Shown: positions 17,751 to 28,241, counted from the first letter of the stretch. The stretch is DNA of 32,000 bases from Acinetobacter wanghuae (GCF_009557235.1 NZ_CP045650.1:120001-152000), one strand, 5' to 3'. Made by a program: numbers and translations. The notes: generated from the letters alone by a model not told the origin.

Positions 17751-18807
17751 ACAAGTTGCCGCAGCGCCAACGGCAGCAGAAGCGCCAAAAGCGCCTACTC
17801 AAGCTAAGCCACAGGAAGCACCAAAAGCAGCACAGCAAACAAATCAGCCAATTCAAAGCAATAGCGTTGACAAGCTGAGCAAAGAACAAAACGCTGCAAA
17901 TGCCAAAGTATATGCAGGTCCTGCAGTGCGTAAGCTTGCACGTGAACTCGGTGTGGTCTTGGCGGATGTGAAAGCGTCTGGTCCCCATGCGCGACTCATT
18001 AAAGAAGATTTATTCTCTTATGTGAAGGCACGTTTAACAGCACCTCAGGCTGCACCTGTTGCAGCGGCTGCTGCTGTATCAGGATTGCCAAAATTACCAA
18101 GTTTTGATGCGTTTGGTGGAGTTGAAGAGAAAGTCTTGACGCGTTTGCAACAAGTGTCGATTCCACAGTTATCGCTCAATAACTTTATTCCGCAAGTCAC
18201 TCAGTTTGATGCTGCAGATATTACTGAACTTGAAGCATGGCGTAATGATCTTAAAGCTAACTTTAAGAAAGAAGGCATTAGCCTGACCATTATGGCATTC
18301 ATCATTAAAGCTGTTGCACACTTACTGAAAGAAGAGCGTGAGTTTGCCGGTCATTTGGCAGATGATGGTAAATCAGTATTGCTCCGTAACGAAATTCATA
18401 TGGGCATTGCGGTAGCAACACCTGATGGATTAACGGTTCCTGTACTGCGTAACCCAGATCAAAAATCGATTAAAGAAATTGCAGTTGAACTTGGTGTGCT
18501 CGGTCAAAAAGCGCGAGATAAGAAATTATCACCGAAAGACCTGCAAGGTGCGAACTTTACCATTTCAAGCTTAGGTGCGATTGGTGGTACAGGGTTTACA
18601 CCGCTCGTAAATTGGCCACAAGTGGCAATTTTGGGTATTTCGCCTGCGGCGATGCAACCGGTTTGGAATGGTGAAGGCTTCGATCCACGCTTAATGTTGC
18701 CGTTGTCATTGTCATATGATCACCGTGTGATCAATGGTGCAGATGCAGCGCGCTTTACCAATAAGCTAACCAAACTGTTAAAAGATATTCGTACTTTATT
18801 GATCTAA
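16822..18807 (+). CDS. aceF: Dihydrolipoyllysine-residue acetyltransferase (PDH E2) with three lipoyl domains
   Basis: Three copies of the lipoyl motif (LESDKASVEVPS, VESDKATVEVPS, VESDKATVEVPS). Ala/Pro-rich linkers, an E3-binding domain (AGPAVRKLARELGV) and a catalytic DHRVINGA motif. Confidence 0.95.
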   Translation: MQITTPDIGVDQAVVAEILVKVGDSINIDDSIVLLESDKASVEVPSTSAGVVKSIAVSLGDSVAEGAVLIELEAEDATSKTVEPQTADAAQKTSENTPTELPDAEVMQELSAHQPQASSSAQSVDVQVPDIGVEKAIVGEILVAVGDTIAIDDSIVVVESDKATVEVPSTAAGVVESISIQVGDSVKEGVVILKVKTVGLVAPASVQAVKTESAPVQAAKTEPVVQATAASKGDVEVKVPDLGVDKAAVAEILVAVGDQVEKDQSIIVVESDKATVEVPSSTAGVIKAIHVTLGQNVSEGVALLTIEAEGQVAAAPTAAEAPKAPTQAKPQEAPKAAQQTNQPIQSNSVDKLSKEQNAANAKVYAGPAVRKLARELGVVLADVKASGPHARLIKEDLFSYVKARLTAPQAAPVAAAAAVSGLPKLPSFDAFGGVEEKVLTRLQQVSIPQLSLNNFIPQVTQFDAADITELEAWRNDLKANFKKEGISLTIMAFIIKAVAHLLKEEREFAGHLADDGKSVLLRNEIHMGIAVATPDGLTVPVLRNPDQKSIKEIAVELGVLGQKARDKKLSPKDLQGANFTISSLGAIGGTGFTPLVNWPQVAILGISPAAMQPVWNGEGFDPRLMLPLSLSYDHRVINGADAARFTNKLTKLLKDIRTLLI

Positions 18808-18898
18808 ATTGAATTAGATTGACTCTCTTTTCTCTTGCGCTTCATTGACAAATATTTCAATTGAAGCTTAGGGAGAAATACAAAGAGGGTGTAAACAG

Positions 18899-18923
18899 AA
18901 ACCCTGCTTCGGCAGGGTTTTTT
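18899..18923 (+). terminator. Rho-independent terminator after aceF
   Basis: CCCTGC-ttcg-GCAGGG followed by TTTTTT. Confidence 0.85.
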
Positions 18924-18931
18924 GTATCCGA

Positions 18932-18960
18932 TTGAAAAGGGTTGCGATTATATTTATACT
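18932..18960 (+). promoter_or_regulatory. Candidate sigma70 promoter for the riboswitch-exporter transcript
   Basis: TTGAAA (18932-18937), a 17-nt spacer, then TATACT (18955-18960), immediately upstream of the riboswitch core. Confidence 0.45.
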
Positions 18961-18964
18961 ACAG

Positions 18965-19105
18965 ACACTTCATTGGGGAGTAGCCGCCTTTTGCGCAAAG
19001 CGAAAGGGTGATGGTCAACATAATTGTTCCACAGAACATGGTCATCATAGCAAAAAACCAAATCAGCTTTTTCAAAGCTTCTTTTGTTGGCAAGACCTTT
19101 GATTT
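18965..19105 (+). promoter_or_regulatory. yybP-ykoY-type manganese riboswitch aptamer
   Basis: The three conserved blocks appear in the correct order: GGGGAGTAGCC (18975-18985), CAACATA (about 19016-19022) and TTGGCAAGACC (19087-19097). The downstream gene belongs to a family classically controlled by this riboswitch (UPF0016). Confidence 0.7.
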
Positions 19106-19178
19106 ACCACTCTGCACATTTTGGCTAGCAGGAGCGGTGAGTCATTGGTATCTGTTTTGCTAGCCAGAGAAAATCCTC

Positions 19179-19757
19179 ATGTTATCCGCATTCCTGATCT
19201 CTCTTGCTGTTGTCGCTTTATCTGAAATGGGCGATAAGACTCAGCTCCTCGCACTGTTACTTGCTGCAAAATTCCGTAAACCTGCGCCAATTTTATTTGC
19301 TATCTTTCTAGCAACAGTTGTGAATCATGGGATCTCTGCGATTTTAGGTCAGTGGATTACTACAGTTTTAAGCGAAACCGTTTTGCTTTGGATTGTATCG
19401 CTAGGATTTATTGCGATGGCGGCGTGGATGCTCATTCCCGATGAATTGGATGATGAATCTGAAAGTATCAATAAATGGCAGAAATATGGTGTATTCGGTG
19501 CAACTTTCGTGTTGTTCTTTTTGGCAGAAATTGGCGATAAAACGCAAGTTGCGACTGTTGCCTTAGCGGCACGTTTTGACAGCATTGGTTGGGTAACACT
19601 TGGGACAACGCTCGGGATTATGCTTGTCAATGCACCTGCTGTGTTTATTGGAAATAAACTTGCTGAAAAATTGCCAATTGCACTCATTCATAAAATTGGT
19701 GCGTTAGTCTTTTTAATCATTGGTATTGCTGCACTCGTCCAACATTACTTTTTTTAA
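19179..19757 (+). CDS. UPF0016 (GDT1/TMEM165-like) family cation (Mn2+/Ca2+) exporter
   Basis: 192 aa, about 6 TM helices, with two copies of the family signature E-x-G-D-K-T (SEMGDKTQL and AEIGDKTQV). Confidence 0.8.
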   Translation: MLSAFLISLAVVALSEMGDKTQLLALLLAAKFRKPAPILFAIFLATVVNHGISAILGQWITTVLSETVLLWIVSLGFIAMAAWMLIPDELDDESESINKWQKYGVFGATFVLFFLAEIGDKTQVATVALAARFDSIGWVTLGTTLGIMLVNAPAVFIGNKLAEKLPIALIHKIGALVFLIIGIAALVQHYFF

Positions 19758-19777
19758 AATATAAAGATTTTCACATA

Positions 19778-19806
19778 AATCCTGAGCTAAAAACTCGGGA
19801 TTTTTT
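19778..19806 (+). terminator. Rho-independent terminator after the UPF0016 gene
   Basis: AATCCTGAG-ctaaaaa-CTCGGGATT (one G.U pair), running into TTTTTT. Confidence 0.6.
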
Positions 19807-19938
19807 ATGCCTAAATTAATTCCAAATAAATGATTATTAAAATAAAATTTGAAGATAGGGTCATTGAAAATTACAACAATACCTTATATGTTGTATGGAT
19901 ATAAAAATTGTATTTAAATAGAAAAATTGGGGAAAACG

Positions 19939-20736
19939 ATGGTACTAGAGCGCACGACATCACAGGTGCTATTTGATAATGGCACACATAAATGCATCAG
20001 CTTTACCAGTCTTGTGAAAGGTGAGGGGGTTCAAGCCAATCAGTTTTTAATTTTAGATCATGATCGTGCAGCGGTACTCGATCCCGGTGGGGATTTAACC
20101 TATGTACCACTGACCATGGAACTCAATAAATACACCAAACTTGCCAATTTAGACTATGTCATGGCATCGCATCAAGACCCTGACATTATTACCTCTATGC
20201 CACGCTGGTTGGTGTATACCGATGCAAAAGTAGTGGCATCTAAACTCTGGGCACGTTTCTTACCACATCTTAATTCTGCCTTTATGAGTGACCGTATGAA
20301 AGGCAATTGGCTCGATCGTTTGGTTGAGTTACCCGATCACGGTCAAATGATTGCTTTAGGTCAATCCAACATCGTTGCGATCCCTGCGCATTTTTTACAT
20401 TCAGTCGGTAATTTTCAATTTTACGATCCCATCGCGAAAATTTTATTTTCAGGCGATATGGGGGCCTCGATGGTCGAGAATGCGAATAAGCCGATCGAAA
20501 ACTTTAGCTCGCATATTCCGAAAATGAAAAGTTTTCATCAGCGTTATATGTGTAATAACAAAGTGATTCGTCTTTGGGTACAGATGATCCGTACTATGGA
20601 TGTCGAGATGATTGTTCCACAACATGGCACGCCATTTGTTGGCAAAGAGCAAGTGAATCAATTTCTGGATTGGATTGAAACCTTAGAATGCGGAACAGAC
20701 TTAATGGATGAAACTGTATTTACCTGTCCTGAATAA
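19939..20736 (+). CDS. Stand-alone metallo-beta-lactamase-fold protein resembling the di-iron core of flavodiiron proteins (ODP-like)
   Basis: Segments parallel the FDP core motifs: ASHQDPD (HxExDH position), PAHFLHS, LFSGDMG (compare LFSxDaFG) and VPQHG (compare aPsHG). There is no flavodoxin domain. I moved the start to ATG 19939, 5 nt after GGGGA. Confidence 0.6.
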   Translation: MVLERTTSQVLFDNGTHKCISFTSLVKGEGVQANQFLILDHDRAAVLDPGGDLTYVPLTMELNKYTKLANLDYVMASHQDPDIITSMPRWLVYTDAKVVASKLWARFLPHLNSAFMSDRMKGNWLDRLVELPDHGQMIALGQSNIVAIPAHFLHSVGNFQFYDPIAKILFSGDMGASMVENANKPIENFSSHIPKMKSFHQRYMCNNKVIRLWVQMIRTMDVEMIVPQHGTPFVGKEQVNQFLDWIETLECGTDLMDETVFTCPE

Positions 20737-20825
20737 TTTTTTTATTTGACATATTGATTGAAAAAGCAACATTTTTTATATTTCTCAAATCCAAAAAAAC
20801 TTTTAGATGACGAGAATTAATTAGA

Positions 20826-21191
20826 ATGTTGTCTCAATTACCCACACAGGATGCGTGTTTAACTTGTGGTGCATGTTGCGCCTATTTTCGGGTGTCATTT
20901 TATTGGGCAGAAGGTTTAAATATGCCCGATGACTATATCGAGCCACTCACACCCATCTATTCCTGTATGAAAGGCACCAACCAAAAGCGTCCACGTTGTG
21001 TCGCGTTACAAGGCACAGTGGGTGAGCAGGTCAGTTGCGGTATGTATGAAGCGCGCAGCTCATCCTGTCAGGAAGTGCAAATCGCGGATGAACAATGTAA
21101 TAAGGCGAGGATTGCGCATCAGCTGATTCCATTTGTGCAGGTGGAGGTTGAGCCCGCACAAAATGATGAAGACTTTGATCAAGTGAGTTAA
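20826..21191 (+). CDS. YkgJ-family (CxxCxxCC, UPF0153) Cys-cluster zinc/iron-chelating protein
   Basis: CLTCGACCAYFRV N-terminal signature plus the distal Cys pattern RCVALQG...SCGMYEARSSSC. Confidence 0.7.
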   Translation: MLSQLPTQDACLTCGACCAYFRVSFYWAEGLNMPDDYIEPLTPIYSCMKGTNQKRPRCVALQGTVGEQVSCGMYEARSSSCQEVQIADEQCNKARIAHQLIPFVQVEVEPAQNDEDFDQVS

Positions 21192-21208
21192 GTCAGCAAA
21201 AAATTAAT

Positions 21209-21664
21209 TTATCTACTCAATCTATTTTTATCTAATTGATACGAAAATGATTGAGTAGGTTTATTAAATTGTTTGGCTTTTATATGTAAATGCCAATAAA
21301 TTAGGTACACCGCCCATAGAATGGCGGGTAAAGCCAATAACGTAAAAATACGGATAACATCGTATTTTAAAAAAGGATATAAGCCAATTAAGGCAATCAT
21401 TGTACTAAAGACCACAAACTCTTGCCGTACCGGTTGATTCTTACACCAATAATAAGCCATCACCGCGAGACATCCCCAAGCGATGATGCCACTTAAATGG
21501 ATGAGAATTCGAGTCAGTTTTAATTCTTGTAATTGCAAGCTGATGGGCTGAATCAATTGGGTGGGATTGAGAAAATAATAAATTTCGAGATAAATAAAAT
21601 TTCCGTAAAAAATAACAGCGGGCAGAGACAGCATTGAAATTAAAATAGAGATTGTGCGTCGCAT
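21209..21664 (-). CDS. Hypothetical integral membrane protein (about 4 TM)
   Basis: 151-aa ORF. It is very hydrophobic and noticeably more AT-rich than its neighbours. I recognise no family. Confidence 0.45.
   Translation of the reverse strand: MRRTISILISMLSLPAVIFYGNFIYLEIYYFLNPTQLIQPISLQLQELKLTRILIHLSGIIAWGCLAVMAYYWCKNQPVRQEFVVFSTMIALIGLYPFLKYDVIRIFTLLALPAILWAVYLIYWHLHIKAKQFNKPTQSFSYQLDKNRLSR
21213..21258. terminator. Perfect 10-bp inverted repeat; candidate terminator for ykgJ, embedded in the 3' end of the convergent gene
   Basis: CTACTCAATC (21213-21222) and GATTGAGTAG (21249-21258) with a 26-nt loop. T-rich sequence follows on the plus strand, and a TTTTTT run follows on the minus strand. 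Confidence 0.35.
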
Positions 21665-21860
21665 CCTAGACTCCGCTTATTATTGATTTTTATGTTTTTA
21701 GCATATTCAAGAGTTGTGCTTTAGACAAGAGTTAAAGTCGTACTTAAATATTAAAAAAGATAAACGGTCAATGTCATATTCATCGGTGAGATCAAACTGA
21801 AATTGAAAAAAATTATTTTGTAATAGCAATGAAATTTTAAGCCAGATTTGTTTATAATAG

Positions 21861-23354
<1,494 letters not shown>

Positions 23355-23376
23355 TTCTTTAGAATTGATTGTATTG

Positions 23377-23408
23377 AAAAAGCCGTCATGGAAATGACGG
23401 CTTTTTTG
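23377..23408 (+). terminator. Rho-independent terminator after guaB
   Basis: AAAA-AGCCGTCAT-ggaa-ATGACGGCT-TTTTTG. Confidence 0.85.
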
Positions 23409-23477
23409 TTTTGGTGTAAAGTGGTGCACAATGAAAAAATGCATGGCAAAAGCCTTGCGCTAAGAAGTGAGATAAAG

Positions 23478-24809
23478 ATGAGTTATTTTGGTACCGATGG
23501 TATTCGCGGAAAATTTGGCGTGCTTCCGATTACGCCTGAGTTTGCTCTCAAGTTAGGCTTTGCAGCGGGGAAAGTACTAAAACGCCATAGTAAAAAAGCG
23601 AAACCATTGGTGGTCTTAGGGAAAGATACACGCTTATCGGGTTATATCTTAGAGTCAGCATTACAAGCAGGTTTAAATGCAGCAGGGGTGTATGTACATC
23701 TGCTTGGTCCATTGCCAACGCCTGCAATTGCGCATTTAACCCGTGCACTTCATGCCAGTCTAGGTATTGTCATTTCTGCTTCACATAACCCGTATTTTGA
23801 TAATGGCATTAAATTCTTCTCAAGCGAAGGTAAAAAACTACCCGATAGCCTACAAGAAGAAATCAATCAAGAACTCGAAAAAGAACTCATGATTGAAGAT
23901 ACCGCAAATTTAGGGAAAAGCTTCCGTGTTAAAGATGCCAACGGCCGTTATATCGAATTTTGTAAATCAACCTTCCCATACCATTTAGATCTGAATGATC
24001 TCACCATTGTGGTCGATTGCGCCAATGGTGCAGCATATAGTGTTGGACCTTCAGTGTTCCGTGAATTGGGGGCGAAAGTCATCGCTATTCATGATGAACC
24101 TACAGGTCTAAATATTAATGATCATTGCGGTTCAACGCATCCAGAAAGCTTACAAGCGGCAGTCGTAAAGCATCAAGCAGATTTGGGTATTGCTTTTGAC
24201 GGTGATGCTGACCGTGTCGTTTTGGTCGATAAAGATGGTCATCTGATTGATGGTGATCATATTCTTTATATCTTAGCGACACAAAGCTCGAATAAACCTG
24301 CGGGTATTGTTGGCACCTTGATGAGTAACATGGCACTTGAACTTGCTTTACAAAAAGCAGGTGTTGAGCTACTGCGTGCCAAAGTCGGTGACCGTTATGT
24401 GTTGCAAGGTCTAGAAGAAAAAGGTTGGTCGATTGGTGGTGAGCCATCTGGTCATATCTTAACCTTAGATAAGAGCACGACTGGTGATGCGATTATTGCA
24501 GCACTTCAAGTCTTGACGGTAATGGTTGAGCAGAAGAAAGCCCTACACGAATTGGTTGCTGACTTTAAACTCTTGCCAAATGTATTGGTCAATGTCCGCC
24601 TAGAAGCCATGTTCGACCCGTATGCAGTACCTGCATTGGTCACTGAGTTTGAAAAAGCTGAAGCACAGCTCAAAGGTCGTGGGCGTTTACTCATTCGTAA
24701 ATCGGGCACTGAACCTGTGATTCGTGTCATGGTAGAAGGCGAAGATTTATCTGAAGTGACGACACTTGCCAATTCATTAGCTGATGCCGTGCGTCGTCAT
24801 GCAGCTTAA
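23478..24809 (+). CDS. glmM: Phosphoglucosamine mutase
   Basis: [15 protein letters not shown]-terminus, active-site SASHNP and the GDGDADR metal loop. I moved the start to ATG 23478. The track ORF runs back through the guaB terminator. Confidence 0.95.
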   Translation: MSYFGTDGIRGKFGVLPITPEFALKLGFAAGKVLKRHSKKAKPLVVLGKDTRLSGYILESALQAGLNAAGVYVHLLGPLPTPAIAHLTRALHASLGIVISASHNPYFDNGIKFFSSEGKKLPDSLQEEINQELEKELMIEDTANLGKSFRVKDANGRYIEFCKSTFPYHLDLNDLTIVVDCANGAAYSVGPSVFRELGAKVIAIHDEPTGLNINDHCGSTHPESLQAAVVKHQADLGIAFDGDADRVVLVDKDGHLIDGDHILYILATQSSNKPAGIVGTLMSNMALELALQKAGVELLRAKVGDRYVLQGLEEKGWSIGGEPSGHILTLDKSTTGDAIIAALQVLTVMVEQKKALHELVADFKLLPNVLVNVRLEAMFDPYAVPALVTEFEKAEAQLKGRGRLLIRKSGTEPVIRVMVEGEDLSEVTTLANSLADAVRRHAA

Positions 24810-24818
24810 GGGGATGTC

Positions 24819-25475
24819 ATGAGTGATGTGATTAAAGATTTAAGTGAGTTACGCCTGAGTTATCAGAAGGGTGAGCTACATGAAGATCAAGTTCATGCCA
24901 ATCCACATGAACAGTTTTTATTATGGTTTAACCATGCCTTAGCCGCGAACTTGCATGAACCTTATGCGATGTCACTTGCTACAGCAGATAAAAAAGGTCA
25001 TCCACATGTGCGTACCGTGTTATTGCGCGGGGCAACTGAAGATGGCTATGCGTTCTACACCAACTATGATAGTCAAAAAGGATTAGATCTTGAGTCTAAT
25101 CCTTATGCACAAATTCTATTTTATTGGGCAGAACAAGAGCGCCAAATTCGAATTTCAGGTCGTGTGGTCAAAATCTCTGAAGAAGAATCGACAGACTATT
25201 ACCATAAACGTCCGCGTGATAGCCAAATTGCAGCACATATCAGTATGCCACAAAGTGGTGTGATTGAAAGCCGTGAAGAACTGCAACAGCGCTTCCAAGC
25301 TTTACATGATCGCGTCGAACAGCAAGCGCAATTGGACAAACCTGAGTTTTGGGGTGGATATCGTATTGAGCCAGATTATTATGAATTTTGGCAAGGTCGC
25401 CCGAATCGTCTACACGACCGTTTAAGCTATGAAAAAATTAGCGGTGTGTGGACATTACAAAGATTGATGCCATAA
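24819..25475 (+). CDS. pdxH: Pyridoxamine/pyridoxine 5'-phosphate oxidase
   Basis: 218 aa with RTVLLRG, FYTNYDSQKG and the C-terminal EFWQGRPNRLHDR motif. Confidence 0.95.
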   Translation: MSDVIKDLSELRLSYQKGELHEDQVHANPHEQFLLWFNHALAANLHEPYAMSLATADKKGHPHVRTVLLRGATEDGYAFYTNYDSQKGLDLESNPYAQILFYWAEQERQIRISGRVVKISEEESTDYYHKRPRDSQIAAHISMPQSGVIESREELQQRFQALHDRVEQQAQLDKPEFWGGYRIEPDYYEFWQGRPNRLHDRLSYEKISGVWTLQRLMP

Positions 25476-27176
25476 ATGCCAAAACTCGAAATCAAGCAAA
25501 GACCATTTCTGACACGCCCTGAATCTTTTCAGGGTATGCCAGCTTTTATTGCTGAAATTCTAGCGCGCCGCGGCGTGGAATCAGCCCAAGAGCTTGAACT
25601 TAAACTCAAGCACTTGCTCGCTCCAAGCATGAAAGGTTTGTCTGAGGCGATTCAACTGATTGATCAAGCGATTGATCAGCAGCATAAAATTGTGATTGTC
25701 GGTGATTATGATGCGGATGGTGCAACTAGTACCACACTCATGGTCTTAGCACTTCGAGATATGGGCGCACAGGTTGAGTATTTGGTGCCTGATCGTTTTA
25801 AATATGGTTATGGCTTAACCCCTGCCATTGCAGATCTCGCTTTTGCCAATTTCACGCCGGATTTACTGATTACTGTAGATAATGGGATTTCCAGTCATGA
25901 TGGCGTAAAGCAAGCGCACGATCATGGCATGCAAGTGATTATCACTGATCATCATTTGACGACCAAGCCGACACCTGAAGCTGAAGCGGTGGTTAATCCT
26001 AATCAGCTCGGTTGTGAATTTCCAAGTAAGGCTTTGGCAGGCGTCGGGGTCGCATTTTATGTGCTTGCGAATTTATCCACGCATCGTAAGAAATTGGGTA
26101 AATCGACCACGCAAATCACTCAATATTTGGACTTGGTCGCATTGGGTACTTATGCCGATGTGGCAAGTTTGGATTATAACAACCGTATTTTAATTGATAG
26201 TGGTCTGAAAAAAATTCAGCAGCATTTTTGCCGTCCAGGTATCAGTGCATTGTTAGAAATCGCAGGACGCGATGCAGCAAGCCTCAAAGCACAAGATCTC
26301 GGCTTTGTGATTGGTCCACGAATTAATGCGGCAGGGCGTATGGAAACCATGGACATTGGCATTGAGTGTTTATTGGCGAAGGATTTGGCAACGGCTTATC
26401 CGCTCGCTGAACAGCTCAATCGGCTCAATGTGGAGCGCCGTCAAGTTGAAAGCAAAATGAAGCAAGAAGCCTTGCTTGAGCTTGAGAAAATTCAACTCGA
26501 TGATAGCGCTTTACCCGCAGCCTTGATTATGTTTGAGCCCACTTGGCATCAGGGCGTGATTGGTATTGTGGCAGGGCGTTTAAAAGAGCAATTTCATCGC
26601 CCGAGTATTGTCTTTGCATGTGATGAAGATGGTATTCATATTAAAGGTTCTGCGCGTTCCATCGAAGGCATTCATATTCGTGATGCTATTGAAATGGTGG
26701 CGGAGCAACATCCGCATCTCATTAGTCATTTTGGTGGACATGCAGCAGCTGCAGGTCTCACGATTAAGAAAGAACATTTTTTAGAATTTAAACGCGCTTT
26801 TGAAGTTCTCATTGGGCAAATGGATGAGAACTTATTTACAGCAACCTTATGGACAGATGGTGAACTGCCTGCGGAAGCTTTTCAGATTGAAACCGTGGAT
26901 GTACTTCAAAACTTAAGTCCATGGGGGCAAAAGTTCCCACCGCCAATTTTTGATGGCGTCTTTAAAATCATGGATTATCGATGGCTGAAAGATGTGCATT
27001 TAAAACTGCGTGTTGGACTTGATAATGGGCAAATCGTGGATGCCATTTGTTTTAATGCTGCGGATAAATATGATTTTGATCCGATGAAAGATACGCGACT
27101 GGTCTATGAACTGGATAAAAATGTCTTTAATGGTAATGTCAGTTTACAGATGCGAATTTTGCATTTAGAACAATAA
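25476..27176 (+). CDS. recJ: Single-stranded-DNA-specific exonuclease RecJ
   Basis: DHH motifs (VGDYDADGATS, TVDNGISS, ITDHH) and a DHHA1 region (GGHAAAAG). 566 aa. Confidence 0.95.
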   Translation: MPKLEIKQRPFLTRPESFQGMPAFIAEILARRGVESAQELELKLKHLLAPSMKGLSEAIQLIDQAIDQQHKIVIVGDYDADGATSTTLMVLALRDMGAQVEYLVPDRFKYGYGLTPAIADLAFANFTPDLLITVDNGISSHDGVKQAHDHGMQVIITDHHLTTKPTPEAEAVVNPNQLGCEFPSKALAGVGVAFYVLANLSTHRKKLGKSTTQITQYLDLVALGTYADVASLDYNNRILIDSGLKKIQQHFCRPGISALLEIAGRDAASLKAQDLGFVIGPRINAAGRMETMDIGIECLLAKDLATAYPLAEQLNRLNVERRQVESKMKQEALLELEKIQLDDSALPAALIMFEPTWHQGVIGIVAGRLKEQFHRPSIVFACDEDGIHIKGSARSIEGIHIRDAIEMVAEQHPHLISHFGGHAAAAGLTIKKEHFLEFKRAFEVLIGQMDENLFTATLWTDGELPAEAFQIETVDVLQNLSPWGQKFPPPIFDGVFKIMDYRWLKDVHLKLRVGLDNGQIVDAICFNAADKYDFDPMKDTRLVYELDKNVFNGNVSLQMRILHLEQ

Positions 27177-27186
27177 ATTTAACGAT

Positions 27187-27216
27187 AAAAAAACCGCTCT
27201 ACTGAGCGGTTTTTTT
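27187..27216. terminator. Bidirectional terminator between recJ (+) and the first porin (-)
   Basis: AAAAAAA-CCGCTC-tact-GAGCGG-TTTTTTT. Confidence 0.85.
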
Positions 27217-27236
27217 AGCTTTTACTTTAGTTGCGA

Positions 27237-28070
27237 TTAGAAACGGAATGTACCATTAATACCAAATGAATCAGCGCCATCAGTTGTTGTATAGTTCAAG
27301 CCAGCAGCAATAGCAGGGGTAAAGAATTTTTGTGCACGGATTGAAAATACAGTGTCAAAGTCATCTAATGTTGCATCATTAATGGCTAAGCCAACGCTTA
27401 ATGTTGGGTCGATATAAAGATCAGCAGCTACACCATATGCGGTTTCGTCACCAAAAGCGGTTGATGCTTCAAAATTAGTGTAGTGATTACCAATTTGAGT
27501 CACGTATTTAGCACGTAAAGTCACAGCAGTATCATCTGCAACTGCAGAGGCAGAGCTATATGTATTAATAAAGCCATTTTTAGCGACTTGATGAGCAGCA
27601 ATATTTTCTTTTGAAAGCCCTGCAGCTAACAATAAACCATTGATAGGTAAGTAACCTGCTTCAATAGCATATCCAGTATTATCTTCAGAAGCTTTAGCAA
27701 AAGTAGTTTCAGCAGTGACTTCCGAGCGATTTAAACTACCTGCTACATAAAATTGTGTATTTGGAATAAAGAATTCACCATTGATCCCGATACTGTCAAT
27801 TTCAAGCTCATAACCAGCGTCATCAGTACTTGCATTAGCATATGCTAAACCAATGTTACTTGCTTTACCTAAGAAAGCAGCTTCAGCTAAAGGACCATTT
27901 TTATACTGAACACCATTTAAGTAATATTTTCCGCCTATTGCAAAAGTATCGACACCATCAGAGTTGTCGATATCTGTATTTTCATAAGCTGCATTAATTT
28001 CAGCTTGATAAGCATGTGCTGTCCCAAAAGTAGCAACCAAAGCAGTTGCAAGAGCAATATGTTTTAACAT
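27237..28070 (-). CDS. Outer-membrane beta-barrel porin, paralogue 1 (Omp33-36-like, from memory)
   Basis: Signal peptide MLKHIALATALVATFGTAHA then YQAE. Alternating beta-strand pattern, with a C-terminal FRF. It is clearly homologous to the adjacent gene. I moved the start to the Met that begins the signal peptide (28070). Confidence 0.7.
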   Translation of the reverse strand: MLKHIALATALVATFGTAHAYQAEINAAYENTDIDNSDGVDTFAIGGKYYLNGVQYKNGPLAEAAFLGKASNIGLAYANASTDDAGYELEIDSIGINGEFFIPNTQFYVAGSLNRSEVTAETTFAKASEDNTGYAIEAGYLPINGLLLAAGLSKENIAAHQVAKNGFINTYSSASAVADDTAVTLRAKYVTQIGNHYTNFEASTAFGDETAYGVAADLYIDPTLSVGLAINDATLDDFDTVFSIRAQKFFTPAIAAGLNYTTTDGADSFGINGTFRF

Positions 28071-28189
28071 TAATAAAGTTCTCGGTTTGTTATAAAAATC
28101 ACTGTCAAATGACAGTGAGGCCGATTGTACAGACAAAACATACATCTGAAATGGGCAAAAAATACCGAAATGTGTTTATTTAGGTCAAT

Positions 28190-28219
28190 AAAAAAGCCCA
28201 TCCGAAGATGGGCTTTTTA
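28190..28219 (-). terminator. Rho-independent terminator after porin paralogue 2
   Basis: GCCCATC-cgaa-GATGGGC with a 6-A run on the plus strand, which gives a U-tract on the minus strand. Confidence 0.8.
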
Positions 28220-28241
28220 TACAATTTAACGAGGTTGAAGC

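Noticed and set aside
23388-23477. 30-codon extension of glmM
   Set aside because: It starts inside the guaB terminator hairpin. The conserved GlmM N-terminus [11 protein letters not shown] begins at 23478.
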